From: Dictyostelium discoideum | Lineage: Eukaryota | NCBI GenBank assembly: GCA_000004695.1 | Contig: CM000151.3 | Span: 3,456,001-3,520,000 of the forward strand | Reading direction: 5' to 3' | DNA length: 64,000 nucleotides | Shown: piece after piece, positions 44,452-59,931 of the stretch | Numbering within the stretch: the stretch's first letter is position 1 | Layout of the letters: each line of letters opens with the position of its first letter | The notes under the pieces: model-generated | Seen by the model: only the letters and a program-made list of their open reading frames with translations | Database searches by the model: none | Told to the model about the DNA's origin: nothing | Position numbers and translations under genes: made by a program

Positions 44452-45161
44452 TTTATTTGTTTATATTTATATTTAATTTATTTGTATTTATTTATTTGTA
44501 ATTATATTTTAATATTATAATTATTATTAATAAAATTATTTTTTTAATTTTTTTTTATTTTTTTTATCAATTTATATTTAAAAAAGATAAGTTGACATAT
44601 TTTCTTAAATTAATAAATTTTCTATTTATTTTATAATTTATTTTATAATTACTTTATTAATATAAATTATTAATTTATTATTTTAAATATTTTTTATTTA
44701 AAAATTTTTCCAATTCCAGTCATTTTTAATAAAACAATATTTTAATTTCTTAAATAATCCATTTTAAGTTTGTTTTATAATAAAATGATACTTTTGAATG
44801 AATTTAATTGTTTTTTTTATTTTTATCACTTTGAAATTCTTTTTTTATTCATTTTTTTTTTTTTTATTTATTTTATCACTTTCATTTTTATTCATTTTTT
44901 TTTTTTTTTTATTTTTTATTTTTTTTTTTTTTTTTTTAATTTTTTTAATTTATTTTTATTTTTATTTTTATTTTTATTTTTTATTTTGTTATTCATTATT
45001 TTTTTTATTATTTTTTTATTATTTATTTTTTATTTTTTCACACTCACACTCTTATTTTTTTATTATTTATTTTTTATTTTTTCACATTCACCCAAAAAAA
45101 AAAAAAATTTGGCACATTAACAGTATTATTAATAATTTCAAAATTTTCAAAAATTCATCAA

Positions 45162-45588
45162 ATGTTAAATCATAACCAAGAAGAAAATGATATTCAAGAA
45201 ATAATATCTGATACTGATTCAGAAACGGAATCAGAATCTGATTCAGATTCAGAGAGGAATAAAGGAAAATTCAGACATAATAGTAGATTTGAATCATGTA
45301 AAAGATTTAAATCAAAAGCAAGTAAATTTAATATTAATAATAGAAAAGAAGTTATTGAAATTAGTGATGATGATGATACAGAAGATGAAGATCTTCAAAA
45401 AGCAATAGCATTTTCTTTAGGTACAACTACTATCGGAAATAATAATAATAATAATCGTTCACATATATTATCAATGATTAGAAATAAAAATAATTCTTCA
45501 CCACCTTTACTTGAAAATTCAATTGATAGAAATCAATTTTATTCAAATAAAAAATCATCATCATCATATAATAATTTTAACAATAATT

Positions 45589-45670
<82 letters not shown>

Positions 45671-45675
45671 TAATA

Positions 45676-45710
<35 letters not shown>

Positions 45711-46199
45711 GATAAAAAAGAGAGTGGTACAATTATTGGTGGAGTTTTAATTGATAAAAATGAGAATTATAAATTTAAACCAAATTCATTTTATTTAAAT
45801 TCAACAAATGAACAACCTAGAATTTGTACAATTAATACATTATCATTTAAAGATTTAATAAAGAAACCGGGAATGGTTGGAGCATTGGTAAGTGGATTTG
45901 CACTTGATCCAGAATGGGTAATAAAAGAGATACGAAAAGAACATGGTAACAAAGTTAAATTTACATTTGTAAAGAATTATAGTAAACCTGAAACAAAAGG
46001 TCGCCATGCTATTAATGATTTCATTACAGTTATTAATCCACCATTATTTAATTATCAACTATATCATTCAAAATTAATGATTTTCACGTTTGTTGATTTA
46101 GTTAGAGTTGTAATACCATCTTCAAATCCAACAAAATTTGATTATTCAGGTTGGGGTCAAACAATTTGGTTTCAAGATTTTTTAAAAAAACAACCAAAC

Positions 46200-46276
<77 letters not shown>

Positions 46277-46506
46277 AACAACAACCACAACAACAACTAC
46301 TACTACTACTACAACTGCAACTGCAACAAATAATTCAAATTCAAATTCAAATAATGAATTGGGTATTGAATTTTTAAATGGTTTAAAACACTTTTTAAAA
46401 AGTTCTGGTGTTGAAGAGTTTGCTTTTTTGGATGATTTTGATTATTCAAATTGTGCAGTTAAATTAATAACATCAATCCCAGGAATTTATAAATTAGAAA
46501 AATCAA

Positions 46507-46569
<63 letters not shown>

Positions 46570-47047
46570 GTAATGATGAAAATGTTGATAAAACAAGTTC
46601 AAGTTTTGGTAGTGGTATTTATACATTACAAAAATATTTAAATCAATATTACAAGGATCAAGAAAATAATACAGTAGTAAATGAAAATCAATCACCTCCA
46701 TATAAATATGTAAAGGATTTATATTGTCAAACATCATCTTTAGGTGGTGATAGAAGTGATTTTAGAAATGTTTTTACAAATTACGTACTATGCAATAATC
46801 AAAATCAAAATTCAAATAATCAAAAAAGAAATAAAAGTGTATTGAGTGACAAGCCATTACATATTATTTTTCCAACTAAAAATTGGATAAGAGGTAATCC
46901 AATTAGAGCTATGACTTCAGGTTGTTTATTTTTATCAGTTAAAAACTATGATAATGATAATTCATCTTTTAGTCATTTTTCTTCAAAATATTTTTATCGT
47001 AAAGATTTAGTTCATCATAGTAAAATTATGGTTGGTACAACTACCTT

Positions 47048-47087
<40 letters not shown>

Positions 47088-47366
47088 AATAATAATAATT
47101 ATAATAATAATGATGATAGAATAAAATATGATTGGGTATATACTGGTAGTCATAATTTTTCTTTATCAGCTTGGGGTGCTTTCCAAAAGAATGAAAGTCA
47201 AGTATCAATTTCAAATTTTGAAATTGGTGTTTTATTATTGAATCCAAATCCATCATTAAATGATTTCACTTTACCTGATTGGGTGAGAAATATTCCTTTC
47301 AATATACCATCAAATTTTTATAAACCAAATGAAGTTCCATTCATTCAAGAAGTAGAATTTAATTAA
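45162..47366 (+). CDS. tdp1: Tyrosyl-DNA phosphodiesterase 1 (TDP1) with an N-terminal UIM-like motif and three polyAsn tracts
   Basis: Two HKN motifs: YHSKLMIF with LVRVVIPSSN...WGQTIWFQDF, and HHSKIMV with GSHNFSLSAWG. These align to human TDP1 H263/K265 and H493/K495. DEDLQKAIAFSLG near the N-terminus is UIM-like. Confidence 0.75.
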
Positions 47367-48468
47367 TTTTAATTTTTTAACAAAAAAAAAAAAAAAAAAA
47401 TAAAAAAAAAACTAAATTAACCATTATTTTAAAATTGTTTGTAAATAAAAAAAAATAAATAAAGAGAATAAAAAAAAAGATTAAAATAACAATTGTTAAA
47501 ATAAGGAAAAAACTAAGATTATATTAAAATAATACCCCTTTTACGATTTTCCTATTTTGAATATTTTCAGATTAGGGAATTTTCTTTTTGGCTATTGGAT
47601 TTTACTTAAAATAGTAAAAATTCCTTTTTAAAATTTCAAATAATTTTTAAAATTGAAAAATGATCGAGTATAAAAAGAATAAACTTTTTTGAAAATAAAA
47701 AAAAAAATAATCACTCAAACAAATGTAAAAAAAATAAAAAATAGCAAATAGAAAAAAAAAGTAAACCTGACTCTTTTTAAAAAGGTTTAGATAAAAGTTG
47801 ATTGATTATTTAAATTAAAAAAGAAAAAGGTAAAGTAACTATTAATCTAACTTAAAATTTTTTTTTTTATTTTATTGAAAAAAAAAAAAAAGAAAAAATG
47901 TTTTTCATTATAACAATTATAATCTTGATAATAATATTATATGAATCAATACTAATCAAATGATAGAGAAAGGAAAGATTTATCTATGCACTATATCATA
48001 AAGATCATATAAATATTATTTTCAAAATAATAAAATGAACCAACACCAATCAAATGTAAGAGAAAGGATAGATTTATCTATACACTATGGCATTTTGAGA
48101 AGATGATTTCATTTAAAAAATTAAAACTAAAAAACTAAAAAAAAAGTAAAAATTTTTTTTTTCATTGTTATTTAATTAATTTCCAAATTAGAATAATAAG
48201 AACAAATTTTTTTTTTATTTTTATATTTTTTTTTTTTTTTTTTTATTGAAAGAATTAAAAAAGAGTTGATTCTATCAGAAACATCTTTTTTTTAATTAAT
48301 GAATTATACTTTTGTTATTTTTATTTTTTTTTTTTTTATTTTTTATTTTTTTTTTTTTATTTTTTTCACTTTTTTTTTTTTTTTTTTTTTGAATTTTTTT
48401 TTTTAATAATTAAATAATACTTTGTACTTTTTTTTTTTTTTAATCAATTATTTAAAATAAAATTTAAA

Positions 48469-49086
48469 ATGGATAGTTGTGATTATAAATCATATGCACA
48501 GGCATTAGATTTAGTTAATGATAAAGAATTAATTGAAGAATATAAGAAATATCATAAAAATGTTTGGAAAGAAGTAAATGAAGCATTATGCTCAATAGGA
48601 ATTAAAAAAATGAAGGTAAATTTTACAATTATAATAATTGATTTCATTTATTATTTATTATTTATTATTTTTAATTTAATTATCCATAAAAATTTATTTT
48701 CTAATTTTTTTTTTTTTTTTTTTTTTTCTAAATTTAGATTTTTTTACTTGGAACCCATCTTTTTATGTATTATGAAGCAAGAGCTGATTTTGATCCAAAA
48801 ATTGATTTCCAAAAATATACAGAATTAACACCAAAAGCAAATGAATGGGATAACTTAATGAGGTAAATTTAGATCTTTTTTTTTTTTTTTTTTTTTTTTT
48901 TTATTCCTATAATATTTATTAAATATTATTTTTTTTATTAATGTTGTATAAAATTTATATTTTTTATTTTTAAAAAAAAGAAAATTTCAACAAAAAATAT
49001 CTGATATTCCAGAAAATCAATTAGGTGAATGGTGGAGTCCAATGGATTTAGTTTATGATTTGGATTGGTTTAAACAACAACAATAA
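48469..49086 (+). CDS. L-rhamnose mutarotase-like (RhaM/YiiL, DUF718) protein; exons 48469-48615, 48738-48862 and 48981-49086
   Basis: Donors AAG|GTAAAT and AG|GTAAAT; acceptors atttag| and aaaaag|. The product (EEYKKYHKNVWKEV, IFLLGTHLFMYYEA, WWSPM) parallels the RhaM family from memory. ~125 aa. Confidence 0.45.
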
Positions 49087-49654
49087 AAAATTAAAAATAA
49101 TTAATTAAAAAAAGTAATAATAAAAATGATAATTAATATTTTTTTTTTTTTTTTTTTTTTTAAAATAAAATAAATTTAACTTTTTAAACACACACAAAAC
49201 AAAAAAGAGGATAGATAAATGTTATTTTTTTAATTTTATTATTACTATATCTTGATATTATAAAATTACTATAAAATAATATAATAAATAATAATAATAA
49301 TAATAATAAATTTTAATATTTATATTTTTTTTTATTTATTCTTTTTTTTTTTTTTACAGATAAATCCATTTTTTTTATTTTATTTTTTTTTTTTTTTTTC
49401 TTTTTTTTTAAATTAAAAATTAAATCCACCTTCTTTTTTTTTTTTTTTATTTTTTTATTTTTTTAATTTTTTTTTTTTTTTTTTTTATTATTATTTTTTT
49501 ATTTTTTTATTTTTTTTTTTTGTTGTTATTGTTTTTTTTCTTTATTCTTAAAAACAGCTAAATAAATTATTTAGTTCAATTATATATATATAAAATTAAT
49601 CATATAATAATAAATTCATTAATTCAAACAGAAGAATCTTTAGATGATGATCAA

Positions 49655-51927
<2,273 letters not shown>

Positions 51928-52571
51928 AAAAAAAAATAATAAAAATAAAAAATAAAATTAAATTTCAAATTTTTTTTTTTTTTTTTTTTATATATATTTT
52001 TTTATTTTTTTTTAGGGTACTTTATGATAAACTTCAAAACAACTAGGATTCATAGGTTTGCCATGTTGGCATTCAAATCTTGTTTGAATTTTGCAATTTG
52101 GACGACATTGGAATTTTTTAGAGGTATTAAATGGGGTGATATGTAAAATGGTCACCACATGTATCTTTTCTCAAAGAATTGTTTTAGAAGTTCTGATAGG
52201 TACTCAAGATAGTCTATGGGGTTATTTTTTTTTTATGTATTAAATAACTATATTCAATATAAACATTCTTCAATATTGAAAACCCACCATTTATATGATT
52301 TATGAGAATGGCTATACATTTGAGCCAATTTGTTGAAAGTAAATATAGAATAGAATCATTATTCCCATTACAAGCAAATATATACTCATCAATAGAATAT
52401 ATTTGGCTTGGTGAAATCAATGATTGGGTGTTTTTTTCAAACAAACTCAAAAAATCTCAAATATTATATGTTAATTTAGGTATTTTATAATTTGTAATTC
52501 GTGTATATCACATGTTAAAATTTAAAAAATTTATTTATTTTTATTTAAAAGAAATAAAATTATTTATTTTT

Positions 52572-53483
52572 TTAAATGGATGATCCACTTCCTGTACCAC
52601 TTCCACTTGCACTTCCACTATTACTACTTCCACTATTACCACTTCCACTATTACTACTTCCACTATTACTTCCACTATTACTACTTCCACTATTACTACT
52701 TCCACTATTACTGCTTCCACTATTACTACCAGATGCACTACCAGATGCACTACCAGAAGCACTACCAGATGCACTACCAGAGGATGTTGAACAACCACTA
52801 CCAGATCCATAAAAATCTAAATCAACACTAACACCACATTGATTTGTATTGCCAATATATTGTTTCATTGCTGGTGAAGTCCAACCACCAAATTCATAAA
52901 AAGCGGTATCGGAAAAAGATGGATTATCATCATAATGAGCATACCAAAGTGGATATTGACTTAGAGTTGATAAATTACCAACAGTTTGTGGCCATTCTCC
53001 TTCACTACTGTATACACCTACTAGAACACCAAGACCTTGTGCAGTTTCAACAGCTTCTTGAACATAATCGGCATTATCACTCTCTGCTCCCCAACAACCA
53101 TCACATTGTTCAACATCAATCCATAACATATTGAAATTGATACCATCGGATTTTAAACTAGAAACTAAACTTTGAATTGCACTTGATGCTGGATAATTAC
53201 CATCACATTCACTACATAAAAATGCATAAAGATCAATATTATCGAAACCAGCTTGTTCTGCTGCCGATACAACAGATGAAATATTTGAATTATATTGACC
53301 ACCTCCTGACCACACTTGAATTATAACTCTTTGATTATTACTAGCTAAACATGACCATTGAGAATCTGAAATTCCAACTGAAATCTCTGATGAGAAATCA
53401 ATGGCACATTCACCACTGACGAAAATAACAATAGATAAAATAATACTTGATATTATTAAAAAAATATTATTCATTTTATTCAT
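52572..53483 (-). CDS. Secreted GH25-like lysozyme/muramidase with a Ser/Gly/Asn-rich C-terminal tail
   Basis: Signal peptide. The segments NMLWIDVE, YPLWYAHY, FGGWTSPAMKQY and VDLDFY resemble the GH25 core. The tail is a (SGSxSG)n repeat. Confidence 0.5.
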   Translation of the reverse strand: MNKMNNIFLIISSIILSIVIFVSGECAIDFSSEISVGISDSQWSCLASNNQRVIIQVWSGGGQYNSNISSVVSAAEQAGFDNIDLYAFLCSECDGNYPASSAIQSLVSSLKSDGINFNMLWIDVEQCDGCWGAESDNADYVQEAVETAQGLGVLVGVYSSEGEWPQTVGNLSTLSQYPLWYAHYDDNPSFSDTAFYEFGGWTSPAMKQYIGNTNQCGVSVDLDFYGSGSGCSTSSGSASGSASGSASGSASGSNSGSSNSGSSNSGSSNSGSNSGSSNSGSGNSGSSNSGSASGSGTGSGSSI

Positions 53484-54355
53484 TTTTTAAAATATGTATA
53501 AAAATAAAAATAATTAAAATTTGGGTGTGATTTAAATAGTTTTTTTTTTTTTTTTTTTTTTCAAAAAAAAAATTCTAAAATATCTAAAAATATCACAAAA
53601 TATCAAAAAAAAAAAAAAAAAAAAAAATATCTAGAGAAAATTTTAAAAAAAAAAAATTAATATATTAAAATTAAAATTTTAAAATATTATTATTTAAATT
53701 ATCCTAAATTTTTAATTATTTTAAAACAAGTCCCTGGTGACTTTACCAATATTAAAAATAAATTTTAATTAAAAAATAATATTTTTTTTTTAGTTTTAAA
53801 ATTTGATTTTCTTTTTTTTTTTTTTTTTTAATAAAAATCGATGGAAAATTATTTTTAATATAAACAAAACCAATTTTATTAAATTAAAAAAGTAAATTTT
53901 GTTAAATAGTTTGAAAAAAAGGTGGAACAATTGTAACATGTTCAAATGTTTCATTTATTATAATTTTTTTTTTTTTAATATTGATTAATCACTTTTTAAC
54001 TATTAAATCAAATATTCAGTAATTTATAGGATTATAATCCTACACATACCGAATTTCTCAAATTCTGTAGCTCTATTAGACATAGAATTCAAAGACCAAG
54101 AATCTAGGCAATCAATAAATCCAAAAGAAGAGAAGAGACAATAAGAGCTAAGGATACATCCCTCAAATTCATTTTGAAAAAAAGATACTATTATTTTTAT
54201 TGTTATTTTTTTTTTCAGTTTTAAAATTAAATCAATATTTTTTTTTTTTTTTTTTTACCTGTGATCAGACCTTCAAGGAATGTCCTTGTGTCTTTTCGGC
54301 GGTGTTTGTTAAACGGTTTTATTTTTATTATTCAATTGTATTAAATTTTTTAAAC

Positions 54356-54430
<75 letters not shown>

Positions 54431-54435
54431 ACTAC

Positions 54436-57400
54436 TTAAATTGGAAGAGGGTTCGGAGCTGCTGGGGTTTGCCAGGCTTTGTTGAATTTGTATTTGTGAA
54501 GATCTTGATTGGTGTTTTTTAGTATTGCTTCGTCGTGTTTGATTTTCTTTAGTGTGATGAATTTTTCAGTTTCGATGAGATTTAGTAATTCTGTTTCTAT
54601 GACCTTTTGCTCGAATTTTGGCTCTGGTTTGCTTTCATCAGTGTTGAACAATTTGTGACAGATTATCTTCCATAATTGGTGTGCTATTATTCCTATGAGA
54701 TTGGGGAAGATTCTCTCAGTTCTGTTGTATTTTGATATGTCTAAGGTATCCATTGACCATCTTTGGATTTTGATGAATGATAATTTGTTAACTGTTGATA
54801 TGATGGTTTTTTCAATATCTAGGATATCTTGGCATAGAGTGAAGAGGTGAGAATAAGGGTCTCTGAATAGGTGGCCACAGATCTTGCATCTGGTGTCTCT
54901 TTCGTGGTTGATACCTGGAAGTGATCTTGAGAAGAATCTGAAGAGGGTGTTTCTACCTTTTTGGTGAGAAATGCTGTTGATGTTTATGAATACTTTGGGT
55001 ATTGCTGTGTTGTATCTCACCGCCCATAACTTCTGCCATTCTGTTCTTCTTGGTGTTGGGTGTCTGTCTTTGATCATGAGTTCGTAAATTTCTTTCAGTT
55101 TTAGTGGTTCATCATTGTCGTTTCTTATACAGTCTGGAAGTTCATTTATCTTTGGATGGTTTTGGTAAAATTTGACTCTGAATACACCCCAGTGTCTGCA
55201 CATATCGTTGAGGGTTGAAGTGTGGGCTTTTTTCTACTTAATTGCTCCATGTACCATTCTTGTAAGGTATTGTTGTTGTTGTTGTAGTTGTTATGGAGTA
55301 GCCTGTTCATGTACCAGATTTTGAATGCTATATGTCTTAGTTCTATATCCCATAATTTTATGCCTCCTTCTTTCCAATCTGCATATGCTCTGTCTATTTT
55401 CATCATAGTTTTGTATTTTCTCTCTTCTGTATATGTATTCTTAACTGAGGAGAATAAGAACCATCTGGTCATGTTATTGATTTCCTCAATTTGTTCTTCA
55501 TTTAGATTATCCATGTATTGATGGTATGTTAATTTGGATAGAACGTATGTTTTGAGAATTGTCATCTTTGCCTTCATCGTTATTGCTTGTGATTTCCATT
55601 TGATTAGATTGTTTTTCATTTCTTGGATTAAAGTGTTGTATTTTGAATTTAAACCTGTTTTGGTGAAATTGAGGCCAAGATATCTTTCTGGGACTGTACT
55701 CTCTTGGAATGGTAGATCGTGTGGTTTATCTCCTATTGCTATCATTACTGTTTTCTCTTTGTTTAACGATGATGACGTTGCTGAGCAGTACTTTTGGATT
55801 TTAGTATTAATTTTCATTAGTTCTTCTGTGGAGTTTGTAAAGGTTGCTATGTCGTCAGCAAATGCAGTGAGTTTTAATGATTTGGAATTTGGTAGAGTGA
55901 AGCCTTTGATTGTATTATCATTGATGATATCTATTAGAAGTGGTTCTAAAACTAGAGCAAAGATTGTTGGTGATATTGGGTCTCCTTGTTTTGTTCCTGT
56001 TCTGATTGTTATTCCATTGACTAAAAAGTCGTTGATCTTTATTTTGTTTTTAGTATCTTTGAGTAGGTTTAGTAGGATCGCTGTGAATTTTGGGGGGATA
56101 CCAATATGCTCTAATGTTCTTGTGATACTCTTGTGGCTGATTGAATCGAATGCTTTGTTAAAATCGTAAAAGGTAATGAGTGTATTGTTCTTTCTTTTGT
56201 TACTTATTTCTATTACTTCCTTCATGATCTGAATATTGTCTTGGATGAACCTGTTTGGAACAAAGCCGTTTTGAAATTTGTTGATAATTTTACTGGTGAT
56301 ATCTAATAATCTACTGTTGAGAATTTTGCTTAAAATTTTGTAATCTGTATTGAGAAGGGTGATTGGTCTTCTATTTGAAATGTTTAGTTCATCTCCTTTT
56401 TTGAATATTGTTGTTATTACTCCTTCTTTGAATTTTGTGGGGATTTCTTTCTTATTTGTGAGGAGGTCGTTGAAAGCTATAGTCAATATTCTTGCTATTG
56501 AGTTGATGTGGTACTTGTAGAATAGTGCATTGATACCGTCTAAACCTGGAGATTTGTGGATACTTGAAGTTTTGATTGCTTTGGTCACTTCATGTATTCT
56601 TATCGGTCTGTCTATCTCGAGTTTCTTGATTAAATCAACGTCTACTTCCCATTTTTCTAATAACTTCTTGTGGGTTTCTTCGTTATCTTCTTTCTCTTCA
56701 TATTGATCTTGATAGAATTCAACAAATCTTTTTGCTATGTTCTCTTTATCTGATATGGTCTTATTATCTTTATCTTTTATTTGGAATATTGATTTATCTT
56801 TGGCTCTGGATTTAAGGATACTTGTGAGGTATTTGCTTGGTGTTTCTTGATGCAGGTGGAGTTTTAATTTTATATCCCATGCTTTTACCTTTCTTTCTTC
56901 TTCTAATATTCTACTTATTTCTTCATTGAGTTCTTTTCTCATCTTTGGAATGATATCACTATTTCCAAGTAATTTGTGGATTACGTATTTTCTTTTGTTC
57001 TTTTCTTTCTTTATTTTGTTTTGTTCTTTTTTTAAATAATCTCTGATGACATTATTTTTAAATTTCGTCCATTCCTCCACTGATTTGATCTTATCTTTGT
57101 TCTTACTGATTAATTCTGATAACCCATCATGTATATGTTTGTTGTTGAGAATTTCTTTACATAATGTCCAAGGGAGTCTTTCTAGTTTGGTTGTTGTTGT
57201 TGTTGTTGTTGTTTCTCTGTTGGTTTGTATTGTGATTGTGATGGGAAAGTGATCTGATTTGTTGAATACTGTGTTGTGGACTACCAGTTTTGAATTTTGG
57301 TTTAGTAGTGTTGGATGACAGTAGATTCTATCTAGTCTCTTCATTGATCTTGGAAATGTTGGAGTGTTTTCTTCAATACCAGTATCTAGTAGCATGTCTT

Positions 57401-57881
57401 GGTCTATTATTTTACGTAATTCAGTACCGAAGAAGCTGTTGCAATCGTGGTTGTTATTGAAGTCGCCTGCTATTATTTGATGGTTGATTGAATTATATTT
57501 TTTAAACAGTGATTTTGAGTTGATTATGAAGGTGTTTCTTTCAGATATAGTCGCTGGAGCATTGATCAATAATATGTTGATAGAATTAAAGGAATTGTAT
57601 TTAATTGATAGTATTCTACCATCATCGTCTTTGAAGTTTATTGATATGTGGCCTTTTCTTGTATCTCTATTTTCTATTGCTATGCCAGTTCCTTTACCTG
57701 AACCATGATCTATTCTTTCAAAGTTGAACATTGTTTTGTGGTGGTTGAATCCATTGAAATTAGTTTCAGTTAGGAGTGTTAATTGAGTGCCAATTCTTTT
57801 TATCGTTTCTTCTGTTTTATTCTTAGCGTTGGTTGATTGATTACCTCTGCAGTTCCATAGTAATAATTTTAATTGTTCCAT
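54436..57881 (-). CDS. Retrotransposon ORF2 (AP endonuclease plus reverse transcriptase plus Cys-rich C-terminus), interrupted by a frame change at 55146-55203
   Basis: Track ORFs 55146-57881 (911 aa) and 54436-55203 (255 aa) overlap in different frames. Together they form a typical LINE ORF2. Confidence 0.6.
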
Positions 57882-57950
57882 TATTTTCTAATACTACTGG
57901 CAATTGGAAACTTGGTACCATTGCTTGTAGTAATTTTATTGATAGGTTTT

Positions 57951-57985
<35 letters not shown>

Positions 57986-58762
57986 TTTGTTTAGGTTGTT
58001 GATTGTTGTATTGCTTGTTGGTAATTGATGTGTGATTGTTGTTGGTGTGGTTGTTGTTTGTGTGGTTGTTATTGGTGTGGTTGTTATTGGTGTGGTTGTT
58101 GATGCATTAGTTGTTGGTGGAGTTGATGGTATTGGTTTAGTTGTATTTGTAGTTGTTGGTTGTTGATTTTTATTACTTGTGTTTTTTTTTTTTCTAACAT
58201 CTCTTATTTCTTTATTGTTATATTCAGAGATGAAGGCTCTTATTGGATGCTTACTACCTTTTATAGCATCAATGTTTGTTTTAATGATTGAGATATCATC
58301 TTCTTTGTTAAATAATAGAATGCATGAATATCTAATCACATCTGGTAGCATTACTATGTTGCATTCATCTATTAGTAATGGCTCCAATCCCCAGTTTTCT
58401 TTTACCATTTGATTGTTTATTTTTTTTATTATGTTTTTTGTAAATGTGTAAAAGTGGACATAGTGATATCCTGGGGTGTAAAGTATGAATTTTTGCAGTG
58501 GGAAATCTTCATACTTGAAAGTGCTGTAACACTCGTGTAATAATGTGAATTTTTCTTTTAGTATTCTACCAAATACTGTTATACCTTTTTGTCTTCTGAC
58601 AATGTTAAGAGTACCATTAACTATGAAATTATCTATTAATTTTGTTGAATTACTATTTAATTCCAAGGTATGTGGGTAGAATAACCTTATTTGAATAGTT
58701 TTTTTATTTAACTCTTCTTCGCCTAAGTTGAGTTCACCTTTAAGTTTATCGAAAAAATTCAT
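57881..58762 (-). CDS. Retrotransposon ORF1 (Thr-rich C-terminus)
   Basis: 293-aa ORF immediately 5' of the AP-endonuclease/RT ORF, overlapping it by 1 nt. Confidence 0.6.
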
Positions 58763-59054
58763 TTTTTTTTTTTTTTTTTTTTTTTTAGATTATTTTTATT
58801 ATTTTTTTTTTTTAATTATGTGTTTATATAAAAATATTTTTGATTTTTATTTTTATTTTTTTTTTTCTTTATCGTTTATTCAGATCTATTCTTATTCCCA
58901 ATCCAAGGATTGAAGGAATTAGTGTGTAGAGTAGATAGATTGAATGTAGTTGATGTTAGATTGATGGATATGTTTTTCTGTATCTAGTATCCGTTTGATC
59001 AACTGTAGGCTTTTAATTTTTTTAAAATTAAATCAATATGGAATTTAATTCTTT

Positions 59055-59468
59055 AAAATAGGAATCGAACTAGCGACATATTCTGTATAATTTTAAAATT
59101 TAGCTTCTCTAGGTTTCGATCCTAGGACCTCGAGGTTATGGGCCTCGCACTCTACCCCTGAGTTAAGAAGCTGTCGATTCAAGCTAACGAATCTTATGAT
59201 TTTTCTGTAATAAAGTTACTCTATAAAATTAATAGATATTAAATATGCATATTACATTACTAATTATAGTTGACACACATTTAAATAATATAATAATAAT
59301 AATAATAATACTGTCAACTCATTATAAATAATATAAATACTAAAGAATAATTTTATAAACAATATTGAATATTATAAATATAAACTAATATTAAATAAAG
59401 ATAACAAAGTATTATTCAATTATATAATTATTAATTATATATTTATAAAGCTAACAAGCTTTATTACA
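59055..59468. repeat. Inverted-duplication arm A (tRNAi-Met plus ~300 bp 5' flank plus ~45 bp 3' flank)
   Basis: Reverse complement matches 62201-62625 with few mismatches. Confidence 0.75.
59101..59172 (-). tRNA. Initiator tRNA-Met (anticodon CAT), copy A
   Basis: Minus strand AGCTTCT-TA-ACTC-AGGGGTA-GAGT-G-CGAGG-CCCATAA-CCTCG-AGGTC-CTAGG-ATCGAAA-CCTAG-AGAAGCT-A. All four stems pair perfectly. A1:T72, A54 and A60 (ATCGAAA in place of TTCGA) are eukaryotic initiator hallmarks. The anticodon stem is GC-rich and the loop carries CAT. Confidence 0.8.
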
Positions 59469-59616
59469 TTTCATATCAAATAACTAAATGTTGTCTGAAG
59501 TGTTCTAAAAAAAAAAAAAGGTAAACCAACCCCTCTTTTAGGGACCCTGTAAAAAAAAAATAAAATAAAATGAGATCTAGCATCTCAAGGAGAAGCAAAT
59601 AATTGCGTTATCCAAT

Positions 59617-59931
59617 TCAAAAAAAAAAAAAAAGTCTGAAGTGTTCCGGGATGTTTATGGTCATGAGTTTCGATTTCCAGTTGTGACTGAATTTTTCGAG
59701 TCTTCTTTTTATTGATGCGGTCCTATTGATTGACTCTCGGTTATCAGTGCATCTTAGTTCTTGACGTAGTTGCTTTTCTACTATCTTTCTTGTTCTATCC
59801 CATTCGGCATCTCTCGCTTTTTTGATTTTATGAATTATTTGGTTCTCTGTTATTATTGTAGTGTTATCGTTGAATTTTATTTGGTTTCTTCTGTACCATA
59901 TCGATTCCATAATGGCTGTCTTTTTTTCCAA
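59617..59931 (-). pseudogene. Retroelement-like ORF fragment A, a diverged direct repeat of 61877-62200
   Basis: The peptides LEKFSHNWKSKLMTINIPEHF (A) and LERFSKHWNSPLHTVALPSNL (B) and their DNA align on the same strand. Fragment A ends in an oligo-T/A run and lies next to the tRNA 5' flank. Confidence 0.4.

Larger units (their letters stand above)
54238..59000 (-). mobile_element. TRE-type non-LTR (LINE-like, tRNA-gene-targeted) retrotransposon, TRE3-like by position; ends approximate
   Basis: ORF1 (58762-57881) and ORF2 (57881-54436; AP-endonuclease-like N-terminus, reverse-transcriptase FADD motif AFADDIATFT, C-terminal CCHC-like CKICGH) overlap by one nucleotide. On the element strand a 62-nt poly(A) (54427-54366) is followed by a short GC-richer tail and a second A19 at 54256-54238. 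The element starts about 50-110 bp 3' of a tRNAi-Met gene on the same strand. Confidence 0.7.

Noticed and set aside
52541-53134. ORFs 52541-52810, 52576-52812, 52580-52831 and 52844-53134
   Set aside because: Alternative or antisense frames of the lysozyme gene and its (AGTGGA)n tail.
55288-58412. Plus-strand ORFs inside the retrotransposon (55288-55521, 55534-56169, 57046-57252, 57484-57708 and 58179-58412)
   Set aside because: Antisense to the LINE ORF1 and ORF2, with no motifs.
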